In this document: positions 12,801-27,800 of the stretch, one piece after another
Layout of the letters: each line of letters starts with the position of its first letter
How positions within the stretch are numbered: the first letter of the stretch is position 1
NCBI GenBank assembly: GCA_002633005.1
Contig: NMRA01000288.1
Span: 260,300-324,299 of the forward strand
DNA from: Phoronis australis
Taxonomy: Eukaryota > Animalia > Phoronida
DNA: 64,000 nt
Reading direction: 5' to 3'
Made by a program: the position numbers and the translations under genes
The notes under the pieces: generated by a model
Database searches by the model: none
What the model saw: only the letters and a program-made list of their open reading frames with translations
What the model was told of the DNA's origin: nothing

Positions 12801-15800
12801 CCACAATGAGCATCAGGTTGTGTATCTCCCATTACCTGTTGACACTGCGCTTGCTTGTAATGGAGACGATGCTGTCCTGTGAAATGCGCAAGTGGTCCAA
12901 AGTCAAGTCCATGGAATTGTTGAAAGTATCTAACAAATAACAAAATAATCAAAGATACAGTTGCTGAGAAACAGAACAGCTAAGAACTTTTTCAATAGTG
13001 TTTCAATTTTCAAACAAAAAAAATTCAACTTTTAAATTCTAAAATTAAAAAGACAAACAATGGTTAAACAAAAATTCCCAAATAAGTTTGAAAATTTGAC
13101 GAACTTTACCTGGATTTGTTGACGTTATGGCAAAAAGACAGAAAAATATGTGTCCAGATAAAAATAAACATTAATCAAAAATTAGCTGGATATCTTTACT
13201 TCAAAATTTTGTCGAGAAAAATATATGTCAATTTCGTTTATAACAACACTGTACTTCGTCCACAAAACATGAACTGAGAGACACAGGAAAACAGAAACTT
13301 TACATTTACCATGTAAATATAAACACCGAACTTTCATTAAAGCTCACCTTCATTGGCTTTGAGTTTCTCCTCCAGGTCAGCGCTCCTCTTGTCCAAGTTG
13401 TCTGCTTCAGTCAGTTGTTTGGTTAGCCGCGTCACCTCATTGTTCAGGCAGTTGTTGTCCTTCCTCATCTTGAACGAGGCGTCTCTCAGTTGCTGCACCT
13501 GTCGCGCATACACGTTGTTCTCAGCCTTGTATTTCTTCACCTTGGTTACAAAAAATGTGTCTTAAATTCTAAGTGAGATTAGAGAACAAAAGTAGCCAAA
13601 AAGTAAATGATGTAATCATATGATTTGACCACTTTACTTGGTTTTAAAATTACGCTGCATACTACGCTTTGTCTACTTTATTTTGTTTTCTCTTGTTACA
13701 GTTTATTATTGTAATCATTAATTTAAATTTACCATTTTCTCCGAGCTATTCATATTATTGCTATTACTATTCTTAGTTTCTGCTATTACTACTCTCATTC
13801 TAACTGTCTCTTTTGAGAATTGTTCGTAGATCTTTCAGAGAATTATGCAGTCAAGAGATAAGAAATATTGTGAAGTTCTTGTTTTGAGCTGAAAAGTGTA
13901 GGTAGACCATCTGTATTAAATATTGAATTGTGAGCAGACTGAGAGCGTCACATTGAAAACGCGTTCACTGTATGTGTAAGTGGCGGGTGGCATATATGTA
14001 CCGGATGAAATACTCGTCACTCTCATTCTAACTCCTCCAGCTGTAACTCATATTGCTCATATTGTAATCAAAATAACGAGGACTGGAAAAAATGCATCAA
14101 AACACTTAAATAATTCTTAGTTCTACTATCACAGTCGTTTTCAAACTCACCTGCTTTTGTTCATCAGCCAGCTGCTGAGATAGCTGTTGGATCGTCTCCT
14201 TTTTCTGAGCATAGTGCACCTTGTACGAGTCCAGTAATGCCTTGGTTTGTTGACACTCTGCCTCCAGAGCTTTTTGAACTCTGTTTAGCTGGATGAAAGA
14301 GACAGTGAAGTCAAGTATTTTTTATTGATAAAGGTCACGTCATGGCAAAACTCATTTTCAAAACGTCCAACAACACTAAATTCATTGAGCTTGAATAATC
14401 GTTATAGGTAACATTTATAATCAAGCTAATAGTACACAGTATCATTCAAGCTTGGACAATATTATTTAAGTCGAACCAGTATTACTCAGACTGTCTACCC
14501 GAATGAAGGTTCAACACAAACCTTGCATAATTTTGCTAGCAATGTGACAGAATTGACACTGTGCACAAGATATTACATGTTCCAACAAGATACATGTATA
14601 TTTTGACCACTAGTCAGTAACAAAAATAATTTGCTTTGAGACAGAATTTGATTAAGAAAGTAAGCTCAAATTTCGTTACTGGTCAGCAAGTTTATTTTAC
14701 CCACTTTTCAAGATCACACAGAGTGCTACCTTGGTTTGACAGAGCCCATAATGAAATTATGCCTAAAGCTTTCTGAGGTGGCTACACATTCTCCAGACAT
14801 CAAAGAAAGCAATGCCATCTGGTGATAAAAGAATACCTCATTTATCTCGCCAATATTCTTCTCCAACTCTTTTTTCTTAGTCTCCAACTCCTCCACCAAA
14901 TGACTGGTAGCCAGATCTGCTTGCGATTTTCCTGGACAGAAAGACAAAGCGCCCATTGAACACCTATGTCCCAACCCAATACATTAAAATGACTGACGAC
15001 AGCTAGTTATTCACATAACATTACAAGAATTTGTTGATGAAAAATCAATCCTTCTGCCACACTGATTCGTAGTCTTACATCCTGCAGCACTTAATGCGCA
15101 CGTTTTGAACTGGGTGTTTATCTGCGTGTCCATTGAAGGACCCTATAAAAATGGCCAAATTTGGCAAACTTCAGAACATCATATCTCAGAAACAGCTGAT
15201 TGGATTCATATGAAATTTTTGGATACAATGCTTTATGCACTATTCTCAAAACCATTTATAGGAACTGTTTTTTTAACAAAGTTCCACTTATGCGTGAGTT
15301 GATAAAATGAAATATTTTAGAAGCGTTTTTGATATCTCACCGTGAACATTTATATCTGTTTGATTGTGTGATTGATACCCTTGTTATGGTATAAATGTAC
15401 CTCAAGTCTCGTTTTTGCTAAATTTTGCTAAAAAGACATGGTCACGTGATCTAATTAATAACAATAATTCTGCAGCCTTTCTACTTTCAGAAAAAATATA
15501 TTTTTACTATGTTAAATTTAACACGCTTTTCTAGATATTTTGTTAATTACAGACTTGTCGATAAGGTCCAGCATAACCTTAACATTAAATGGAATACACA
15601 TCAACGCTACCAGTTTGTAACGGAAAAGAAAAGCTTAACTCCACATTTTCTCCTCTTACTCCGGACCAATGTTTCACAAAGTGGTGCATGTGCCTAATGC
15701 TGGATAGAGGAAGCAGTGTGGCCTGTTGGGTTAAGGGTCTGCCTTCTGTTCACAAGGTCGTGAGCTCAAATCCCATGACTGTACTCCACTGCTAGACCCT

Positions 15801-18800
15801 TGAGTCAGATCTCTAGCTTCTCAGTTCAGTCTTAATTTGTGTATATGTGTGCAGGGCCCTCATTCACCAGAGGGGAAAGGTGCCTGTATCTTCTAACAAG
15901 ACAATTTTTGTGATGTTTTTTTACCAAGGGAAATTTTTTGCAGTGTTTTTTTACCGAGAAGAGAATTTTTGTGGTGTTTATTTAGTAAGTAATACTTTCT
16001 GCTCGGCAAAAGCTAAACAAGAATTGGTGCAGCTTGTCTTACATACCTTGAGATGTTATGGCCACAATCTCCTGCTTCAGGTCTCTGCTCTCTTGCTGAC
16101 TAGTGCTGAGAGCCTTGGTCAACTCAGTGAGCTGATTCTCCTTCCTCTCCACAGAGCTCAGCAGCTGCGTCTGCTGTTGATTCAGCGTTGCTAACTGTGA
16201 CTTCAGCTGCTTTACTTCCACCTGTACATCAGCAAGCTCCTTCTCCTGAAATTCAAACATGAACGTAGACAGGCGAACGGAGGGGAACCAATATTTAAAA
16301 ACCTCAGTTATGATCGATCTCTATCATGACCATAACAGAGTGAAGTGTGTACAGCATGATAAAATCAAAACACTTTCAATGTACTAAGCTTTGAGAAACA
16401 AAAGAACTTACACAGGTTTCTCTCTGTGATTTCTCAGCAGACAGCAGTGCCTCCAATTGACCATTCTTACTTCTGACCTCACTAAGTTCACCAAGTTGCT
16501 GCTCAAGCCTGCAAAGAAATTAAGCTTTAGAACCATCCAGTCCTCTGTACTTGGATAACGTCTAATAGTGCTTTGATGAACATGCTTTCAATAGTATAAG
16601 TTGTATTCAAAGAAGAAAAAATGCCTACATCCATTTCTAATACACTGGCATGTTGCAAATTGCAGCTGCATTATCCTTGTTTGAAGTTGAATTTACTACT
16701 GTGTGTGAAACTCAAATTCAGTTTACTTTTCAATTCATTGTTCTATGCCCAGAAATGCTACCTTTATTTCCCCTATATAAACTCTCCTTTTTATCTCTGG
16801 AAACGGAGCTTGCGAAGCACCTATCATTTTCAGGACATACTTTGAACAATTGAAAGAATGGAAACATCTACAGTTGAAATACATTTCCAAACAAACAGTG
16901 AAGTATTTCGTACCATTTCTGAAAGGAACATGCAAAAGAACTCGCACAAACTCACCTCTTTATTTCCCTACTCTGTGTTTCTGATATCTCCGTCCATCGA
17001 GCATTCCCATCGTTGGCAGCTTGAATTTGATCATCAATGTCACTCTACAAAAGATCAGGCAATTGATATCAGCAAAAAATTAAAGGCATTTCCCACCAAA
17101 CGAACACACAAAACAGAGCAAAAAAGTTTTTGCTTCAGTTCTCTTTTTCAATTTTCATCTCATTTTCCTGTCACATCTCAATGGTGCAAGATATACAGAA
17201 AAGACAAGCACCGATCACAAACAATGTACAAAACAGGGAAAAAAAATGAGACCAATAAGGTAGCAAATACTTAACAAATCAACGAGAAAGGTCTCATTTA
17301 ACAGTGTGTACAATACCAATAAAGAAATCATTCAAGTCCTATGGTATCCATGAACCAGCCTACTTCCAGCCATAATGGTTTCGAGGTGTAAAATGACCAT
17401 TCCATCTTACCACGTCCAGCAATCTATAAGTTTTTGGAAAGCTCACGTCGAGGCCAATTTATGATGCTCAGTAGTCGATTGAAAACCAATTAAACAAATG
17501 AGTAAAAATATCGATGCAAAACTATAACAAAATGAGATCAGCTTACTGTTTGCAAATGAATAGTCATTGCAAGTATTTTTAATACACTCTGAAGGAAGTC
17601 AATGAACTGAGGAATTAGCCCATTCGCACAATAAAGGTTATTACAGATAAATTTGCGCCAACTGACCTTCAGCTTTGCAACAGTGATTTCCAGGTTTGCC
17701 TTGACGACTGCCTCGTTATCTCGGCTGGCTTGTAATTTCGCCTCAAGCTCTTTCATTTCAGCCTTGGCATCATCCAGTTGTCTCCCCTGTTCTGCCGTCT
17801 GCCTCTCCAGCTCAGAAGCCAGGGATGAGACTTGGTCCTGGTTATCTCTCAACTCTGACAAGAGGTTGTCTTTTTCAACACCGAGCACTTCGAACTTTTG
17901 GATTCGCTCAGACAATTCTCCCTTAAGGTAAGTGTATTCCTTTTGGATAGTTTCCAACTGATGAGACAGTTGCGAAATATCTTCTTGGTACGTTTCAAGT
18001 TGCTTGGTTTGTTCAATCAACTGATTCTGAAAAACCCGCGACACTGATTATAGATCATTTTTTACACACAAACAAGAGACATCACAAAGTGGACATGGAA
18101 ACCCTACAAAAAGGAAAATGGAAACAAACCGAATTCGGTGAAAAAATAATCATCGTAAAACATAAGATGAAACAAATCATGTGAATTCCTAAGGAAATTG
18201 GTAAAACAAGCAGACACCATATCAATTAAGAGATTTCACCAAGTAATGAAATGAACATGTCATGAAATACAACTGGACAATAACAGCAATTTGACTGAGG
18301 ATCATCAAAACGCAGTCATGCATCATTATTCATGGTAGCCCTGAGAAATCGACAAACCCATTTTTGGCACCCCATCCCTGAAATCCTGGATTAAGCCCCG
18401 TTCTACAGATTTTTTATGAAAAACTAAGACAATAAAGTTTCTGTTGTCCACAAACATGTCCAAAACTGGTTTGGTTTTACAGTTCGTCACTCAGATGAAT
18501 GATAACACCCATTAACTAGCTATGAAGGAACACTACCAACATCCACAAAATATAGTTTAAGCTAAAATTACTTGTTTGAGGAGCCTGCTTACGACTGCCT
18601 GGTAACCTTGTATATAAGGAACTTGAAATACCTGCATTTCAGTCTTGTCCATCTGACTAGACTGTTTGAACTTCTGTAGTTCAACACACTCTTCTTGACT
18701 CGTCTTCAGAGATTCTTTTGTGCTCGTCAAATCAGCCAGCATTGCCTCCAACTGTTCCCGGACAGCACACACCTCATATTCCTTACTTTCCAACATCCTG

Positions 18801-21800
18801 GACTTCTCCAAGACTTCCCCCTCACCCAAATTGAGGCACTGCTTCAACTCTTCAGCTTCCTTCTTCATCACAGCTATCACTTCAGAATGTGAAACAAGCT
18901 CTTCCTCTTTTGATTTCAACGCTTCCGACAAGATCCAAATTTCACCCCCCTTTGAATCAACATCATCCCTAGATGCCAATAGTTCCTCATCTTTCGAATG
19001 GATAACATCAGCCAGTCGTGACAGCTCGTTTTCCTTTGACAGCAGCACCGAATTAATCTCTTTTACAGTGTCTTCTAGAGACACCAAAGAATTGTTCAAG
19101 GCCAGAATCTCCTCATCTTTTGCTTTCAGCGCACCCAACTTCTCCATCAACTCGTTTTCTTTGGACTCAAGTGCACTAACGACTGTTGTCATTTCACCAC
19201 CCTTCGAACTAAGAGCCTCTGACATTGTTGACAGTTCCTCAGTCTTGTGTCTCAGAGAATCGTCCATCTCATTAAGGACGCGGTCCTTTCGGTTCAACTC
19301 CTCCTTCAAGCTGCACAGTTCAACATCCTTAGCATTACATGTCTCAGTAATGCCTGCCAACTCTTTCTCCTTAACACTAACAGATTCTTTCATAGCCAAA
19401 ACCTCATCATTCTTCGAACTGACAATCTCCTTCATCAAGTCAAGGTTTCCTTTCAAAGTGCCCAGCTCCTCCTCATTAGCATTGATGACTTCATTCAATC
19501 TGTGCACCTCACGTGTCTTAGCTTCCAACAGCTCTGCAGACTGCAGCACTTCCTTCGACAGGCTATCTTTCATTCTGCCTGCATCTTCTTCTTTCGAGTG
19601 TAAGGCATCAACTAACTTATTGTTCTCATCAGACTTGAGTTGAAGTGTATCAGATAACTGAGCCACCACTTCACTCTTCCTCGACACTTCTTCTTTCAAA
19701 GTATCAACTTCAGTTTCGTAACCAGAAACCCTTTCATTCAATGTTACTACTTCTACTTCTCTTTCTTGAAGGGATTGTTTATATTTTTCAAGCTCTGCGC
19801 GCTGTTCGTCAGCGACCTTAGACAACTGTTCCAACTCTGACATCTGGAACTGATGACTTTCCACCAACTGCGCATTCTCATTTTGTCTGCATATCAACTC
19901 AGAATTCAATCTTGACAACTCTTCTCCATACTGCTTCACAGATACGTTTAACTCAAAAAGCTCCGCATCCTTTGCCTTAATGGCGGTAGTCTTCCTGGCC
20001 AGCTCATCTTCACGCGATGTCAGAATCTCTTTCATTTGATACAGATCGTCTTCCTTGGACTTCAGCACATCCTGAATTCTTGCAAGCTCCTCTTCCCTGG
20101 CAGAACACTTGCTGGTCATAGCAGACAACTTGTCTTGACCAACCTTTAAAGCCTCGGTCATCCCAGACATGGCTTGCTGGCTAGACTTGAAGGCCTCATT
20201 CACACCCCAAAGTTCCTCATCTTTTGACTTGACCAACAGCGTCATTTGAGACAGCTCCTCCTCACGTGACTTCAGTGTTGCTGTCATCCGTGACAGTAAC
20301 TCTTGCTTGGACTCAACGTTCATTTTGAGGGCCTGCTCTTTTTCAATCCAAGATGCTTGAAGTGTTGTGAAGTTTTCAACCTCCATTTGAGCTTGTCGTA
20401 GATTGTTTGCCTGGAAGAAAATACTGATTGTCAAAGGCATAAAATAAACAGAACTTAGGAAAACTTTTAATTTTCAAAATGCCCGTGAACACTCTTGCTG
20501 TCTGTCACTTTTTAAGGTCTCCAGCCAATAACAATGCTTGGTTATCACCTATTTCCTTAGTAATTGGTACTATAACGAAACATATGAGGATAACATACAA
20601 AATTATGCTCAGGTTCTTTAAAAGCCCAGTGTAGAGGCAGTTAATTACAAGGTAAAACACACAATACCAAACAGTATGACACTTTATCTCCACACCAACA
20701 AGAGAGCTGTGTGAAAACATTATGAATGGCGAGGGTAAGCTTACCAGTGACTCCTGATGTCTCTTCAGAGACATGTTGTCTTGACGGACCATTTCTAGTT
20801 CTTCCTCGAGTTCTGATGTCAAACGTTGAGTAACAATCGACATACTTTCACCCACAACTGGAGTACCTTTGGAAAAGGAATGGCTTGTTCAAAGAACAGG
20901 AAAAACAATTTCACAGATCAGCTGTGGTGTCAGTCTTACAGCATCTATCAGACATTAGCAGTTGGATTGTCTTTCCAAAAGCAGATGGCGAAATAGACAC
21001 AAGAAAAGCCCGTCTCAACCCATTGAAAATTGAGGAGGCAAACAGAGCTTATACTTTTCGCCTTCACTGATACATCAAAGGAAGTTTTTAAGCCATGTAA
21101 AATCTGGAAACATGTGAAAACATAATGTCCACAAGTCAACATCCAATAAGTATATTATTAATAAAAAAAAATCCTCAACCTTGGGACACAACAAATTCAT
21201 TTCTTAAGGATTACAGGTTGGTTCTGGAACTCTGTGAAAAACAAAACTCCTCGCTCAAGAAGATGGTGTGAATTTATGGTACCAGTAAATTATGGAAATG
21301 CTTTCATGTCGACTAAATCAAAGCTTAGTTTAACTCATCTATGTCCACCAACTAATTTAAAGCTTGCCTTCTGAAAAACATGGCTGGCCAACTAGTGTGG
21401 TTTACCAGTAGGTATATCTACAATACTTTTGGCAAATAAATTAGCCAACTCAGTGAAACCACCAGATTGACCCTGAGTTGCGTTTCGTAGACCCAAGACA
21501 CTGGTGAAACATTTGCAACAAGAAATATTTAGGGCTGTTCCAGCAAAATCTGTATGGGAGGGGGGAAGGCACTTTTATTTCGTACCCACCGCCCATATTT
21601 TTCATTTATTTCTCCAACCCATGACCCATAATTTTTTAATTATTTCTAATAGGTAAAAATATAAAATCCAACACTTGCAAACAAATTGCCTCCAGGAGGA
21701 CCTGTTAAGAACTTAGATGATTGACAGACAAGAACTAGTTTTCTTGTCCAATATTGTCAAAAACTAAAGTAGCCTGTGAGCAATACTTTTGGCAGCCACC

Positions 21801-24800
21801 AGGTGTCTCTGTTCACCATGTGTCTATAATTTCCATGAAAATTTTTTCAATTATAAGGATCTATGAATCTCAAACTGTCTCCACGAACTCTTTTATACTT
21901 CTATGTCAAGTGAATATTGGAACTTGTTTATCTTACTCCTCATACTTTTTATTTAAAAATCATCAATTTTCTATGTGTTAACACCAGTTTAGTGTTGCAT
22001 AACTTTTCAATTCAATAGGACTGCAGACAAACAGTTGGCTCAAATCAAGTTGCCCATGACTTGATTAATGGCTTAGTGAACATATTGCACTCTGTTCACT
22101 GGCAATATGGGCTGTGAACATTAACCGGTCAAAAAATACCACCCATTTTAATGCATCACTTCTTACAGGAACAACCACCCATAATTTGAGTTTTTTCTGA
22201 AGACCACCACCCATGAATTTTTATTTCTACTGCCGTCCCCCCCCTCCCACACGGATTTTACTGGAACAGCCCTTACTAACGAAACAGAAAAGGTGACATT
22301 TATCCCATAATTCAACATCTCAACCTCACCAACCAATCACTTATATTAGTGATTGCCATTTTCCTACAGGACGCTACTAAGCTCCCGAGCATACTCACAA
22401 AACACTCGGTCTTCATTGCCCCTTTTATGGGTGGTCTTACTCATTTGCTAAGTTTTCAAATGTAGAGAATGCAATCCTGGTCTCAGACAACATTGAACTG
22501 TCATAAATTGCTTCTAAACTAACCACTAAACTCTACACATGGAATGCCATCTCCCACACGTGACCTATGACCGCAAAATATTCCAAAAATATGAATTAAA
22601 TTTGTTTGGAAGAAGTTTTTAGTGGTAACAGTCCTGGAATTACTACATTTGTACTAAACACAAATTCCAACCAATAGCTCCATGTTCCATTTCACGAAAC
22701 AACACCAGAGCAAAGAAAAGCAAACAAGTCCTACCTCAGCTGCACATGATTGCTATTTCATGTCTAGAGTTCTAGAGTGCAATGACTAAACTAATCGAGC
22801 TAAGAACAATCTATTAGCCGTACATGGCTAAATGACGTGTTTAATTGTAGACAGAAAGCGGGAAACAACAGTTTTAATCCATGTTCTTTGCAACTGCGCA
22901 AGTCTACCTGTTGGTATGGTAGTCATCAGTTCCGCCTCTTGCTTCAACTCGCGAATCTCTTCCTTGCTTGCCTGAACCATCTCCATCAGCACGGCCATTT
23001 CCTGCTCCTTGGCCTGTAGGCTGGCTCTCAGGGTGGTCTCTTGGTGGCTGGAGACGGCCAGCTGACTCTTGAAAATATCCACCTCTTTCTTTGTGTTGGC
23101 CAGTTCTTTTAACTGCCAAAAAACAGCAGATCAATATAATTAAAGTTACCATTAAAGAGATATTTCCACCTAATTTAGTACCTGAACTGCAAAATAACAA
23201 ACTACTTTACCTTGTGATATACCAAATATGTCATAAAAATGTTTTCACACAATGACAGAATACGAATTTCACCCACAGACAGATTGTCCATTGAAACAGT
23301 GTATCAGTTTACGACACCTCAATGCATGTATTTCTACAGGGCAGAGCAGTACGACCACACAGTGAATACTAAGATCTCCAACGACACAAATTTGGCCCAC
23401 ATACCAGAGACTCCCGATTCAGTCTGGATGTAGACTGGTCGTGTAGGTCTTTCTCCAGTCGTCCTATATAAGCCTTCATGTCGCTGTATTCATCCAGCTT
23501 CTGCTTTAGCCTAGACAGATGGAGACGGGTTACGTAACGTTACGCAACGAATCGGTATGAAATACGAAACGTCAAGAGAGCTAATGGCCGCGATGCACTT
23601 TAACAAGTGAAAATTGTTGGATTATTAAGACATATCGAATGCACTGAAAATCCACTTTTGTGTTGCATGGCCTGTACATCAGTTTTGAGAAAATGACAAT
23701 TAAATATCTTCACCATGGCTATTTATCATGTTTCTGAATTCATTTCACAAATTTTCACAATAACACTGACCAACTTGATGAATTTGCTGTCATTTCATTA
23801 AAAATTTTAAAGAACTTAATACACAAGAGTAATGCAACTCCAGCCTCCAACCTCCTTCATTCAATCCAATAACCAACCAACCAATCAATCTTACAATCAA
23901 TCAATAACAAGACCCAGCCCCCACCTCTAAGCCACACCCTTTCCTACCTTCTGTTGTCCTCTGTCAACTTCTCCAAGTCCACTTTCATCTGCAGTGTGGC
24001 ATCTATTTCGTCCTGAAGCCTTCTTTGTTCCCTCAGCTGACATTCTAACTGGCGGATCTTTAAGTCTTATGGAAAAATTGGGAGAAAAGTATTGCAATAT
24101 GGTAATCAACTGCTTGCGTTGTGTCACCAGTTGTCAATTAAGGCAAAATCTCACCCATTTGAGATACAGTATGGAGGAACTTAAGGTTTTACACATTTCT
24201 TTCATAAAATAAATAATATTGTTCTTAAAAACATTTGGCAATTTTCAAGCTACTTCGTTTTCACATCGTCGCTATATTTGTGTTTTTAACTAATTTGGCC
24301 AAGCAATCACAGAGAAAAGTAATTAGCGTGCAATTTCCACTATAAACTAGTGAAAAAAGATAAATCGCTTGAATATTACTTTTGTACAAAATTGTAGACT
24401 TTATTTTAGCCTCCACTGCTAGAGCCCTCTCGGTATGATGTCAATATCTTTTCAAAGTACCAACCCATCCGCTATTGTTTATTTGTTATACACATTTTAA
24501 TTTGATTGGAAGTAATAAATAATGCAAATAAAAATAATGTCCAAACACCTGACAGCTAATGTAACTGACCTATCACAAGCTCCGCCCCCTTGCATAATGT
24601 CGACTAACAAACAATAAGTTTTACCCGACAACGTGTTGTTTGTCAGGTAAAATGGCGGCTTAGAAACGAAGGTGTGTCAAGAATGATGAGTTCTAAGTAG
24701 TCAGTTAAGCCGTAACTCAAAATCCTGACGATAGGTCAATTTGTCATGATGCTCTCTCCAGCTTCTAAACTGGAACAAAATTCTGTTTCAAATTTGTGTT

Positions 24801-27800
24801 CAATGGGATGCAAGCTCGCGTCCCAAGAATGAGTTGCCAAAAATACGTAAGTCTGGAAGTCGCAAATCATCACTGTTGACAAAAGTCCACACATGATGTC
24901 ACCAATCTGATGAAAAAAATATGATACTGAGCAATGCTTCAACTCACCTTTTGATTCTATTGTCTCAGTTTTTAGCAGAACATCCTTCTCTGCCTCTTCC
25001 TTCAGGTGTTGGAGAGATGCGAGTGACGCCTCTAAACTGTGGATACGCTTGTCTTTATTGCGTAACAAAACCTAACATTAGAAATGAACAGATAACATAA
25101 CACACTCGGCAAAACATAGTTTATATGATGCCTATGGAGTTGTTGACAATTATTGCATATTCATCAACAATATGTACACTTCAACATAGAAAATTTGTCT
25201 AGTGTCAAAAATTTTGTCTGAGGTTATGACAACAATAGGGATGAACATACTAGACTGATAAGTGAAAAAATGCAAGGTGTTGGATCCAATTTCTAAGGAA
25301 ACAAAGGACATCATTTCAGACTAGATGGTTTTCTAATATTGTACTGACTCTGCCATGGCATGCATTGACATTAAACAACAAAGTCTGTTAATCTATAGAG
25401 AGACTGCTATTACGATAAGAAACAAGAGAAAACACTTAGTGAAGAGCAACTAGTTCCCAGTGCACAAGAGCTTGAGTGAACAGGAAGAATATCGGAGGGT
25501 GACACTCCAATAATGTGTGCTACATGACTAACGACTCGATTCAGTAATTGACAGTCATGCTCGACCGTTTTATCGGAAAATAATGTAAACTCAATTAAAC
25601 AAAGCACAGTTTTTTTTTGAGAATACACATAAAATTCCCAACTCATGAGCAAATTTGTATTAACAGTAGTTAAGCTGTGACAACCCATCAGTTATAACTG
25701 CAAAACGTTATTCAGTAAAAGCAACAGGGGAGCACAAGAACAAGACAAAAGTTCTGGATTACTAGTTCACATCTACTGTGTTTGCCTTTTTGCATGGAAC
25801 AAGTGTAAGTTTCATGCGGGTATGTTTTTGTTTTTAATGACCAATTAAAACGGGTGGGTGAATAGCATTGAAACTGAATGCATAAATAGTGATTCATGCG
25901 GGTATGTTTTTGTTTTTAATGACCAATTAAAACGAGTGGGTGAATAGCATTGAAACTGAATGCATAAAAAGTGAGAACAGTTTGGATAATGCAACATCCA
26001 CATGCTGTCAAAAAGGGTTCAGTGCAAGGACATTATTCCAAGCTATCCCAAATCCACAAACAGGCAAAGCTCGAACCAAACACCATTCCTATCAGAGTAA
26101 CTTAAAACAACAGAATCTGCTATAGTTTAAGACCCAGCTGACTACCAATTCATGAATGAGGAAAGCTGATCAAGTCATGCTGAAAGATTGTGACAGAGAA
26201 TGATTGGTGACACCAACAGCATGCCAGATACCTGAGTACTGATTTTCTTGGGGTTTTCCAAAGGTGTACTGGTCTGTAGTCAGAAATACATACAAAGATG
26301 CAATGCGAAAATATTTGAATAGTGACTTGTCACAAACAGAGGCTGGCTGGCTTAGAAAATAACCACCAACAAGAAAAAATACCTTTTAAAATTTAAATTG
26401 CACTACACACAAAAGAAAATTTACTGAGCAACTTACCACAGGGAGTGAACATAAGGTTTGAACAGTGGTCTACCATGATAAGTGCGTGTATTTAGGCCCA
26501 GGTGCCTACATCCGACATGACTCACCTTTTTAAAATGTTTCACTTTAACGCATATATGTGTGTAGAACCTTCACTTGTGCAGGCAACTATCCCTAATACA
26601 TGGGTGTGTCTCCACAAGCTTAATTTGGGCGTTTCCGCATCCATTTCTTATTACATTTCATAGCACTGAACACACGTCAATGTATACTATTTTGTAATAC
26701 ACGATACATAACATTTCAATAATGAGCTCCTCGAATCTACTTGAGGTGATTCGCACATAGGCAGAAGTGTCTAGTTCCAAATCTAAGTGCAGCTTCGTGC
26801 ATGGGTGCATGGGCCAGAACACAGGCATACTATGGTGAATGGAACAGTTTCACAGTATGATACATGGGGGATCAGACAGGAACACACTGCAAGTTGTCAA
26901 GTTTGTAGTCAAACAGAAAACAACAAGAAAATTCTTTGTGACCATCATGTTTGCTACCCGGAGTAACTTCCATTTTATGGCGACAGGTGCACAGTGCAAC
27001 TTTGGGTAAAAAAATAATTTTTGCTTACAGTTCATTTGACCAAAGAAAATAAAATTCCATTATTCATCCTGATGCAGCTTTACTGCATTTCACACTAAGG
27101 CTTGCCTTGGTAACACTGACACAGAACCAAGATTTGAATCAATATGACTAGACACTCACTGACAAACACACACAGAACCGTATTTCAAGGCACTAGTCAC
27201 AAAGAGAGATATGAAGTGGATAACACTTACTTTGTGAGACAACTGCGGCGAGTTCATAAGGTTCATAAAGGGAGAGCGTGGTGAGTTTGAGAAGACCTCC
27301 GTGGCCGGCGAGGCAATCCTCATTGACATACTGGAGGTTGAAGAGTTTTCGTCACGAGCTGAAAAAATTGTGCAACGATAAATTCCAATACTGACATCAC
27401 CACAGAATATGAGGCATATTCTGCAGATTCGATTATAGATGCTCACAAATCTTCTCTAAATCAAAATTTCTATCGTCAGATTAGGAAAAATCAAGTTTAC
27501 AGCAGTCAATCTAGCCTAAGGGTCAAGCCATCATTCACACATAATAGCAGCTATGTCAACATTAGAAACGCTAGCACATCATTTTAAAAATTCGAAAATG
27601 TATTATGGACAGAAACACTACAGTGGAGCACATTTAATGTCACTGGATAATAGAATATCCCAGTTACTGTCATGAAATGTCAAACAAGCGAATCATTTCC
27701 CATGTGAAATGCCATGATTTATCGTCGTATTTCCATCTAGTGTCATTAAATAATCATGATTCTCACCCAATTATTAGCATGAGCACCTTGACATTTCTGC

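Noticed and set aside
18720-19643. 307-aa Ser-rich plus-strand ORF (also 2041-2652 minus and 17653-17931 plus)
   Set aside because: These are antisense shadows of real exons.
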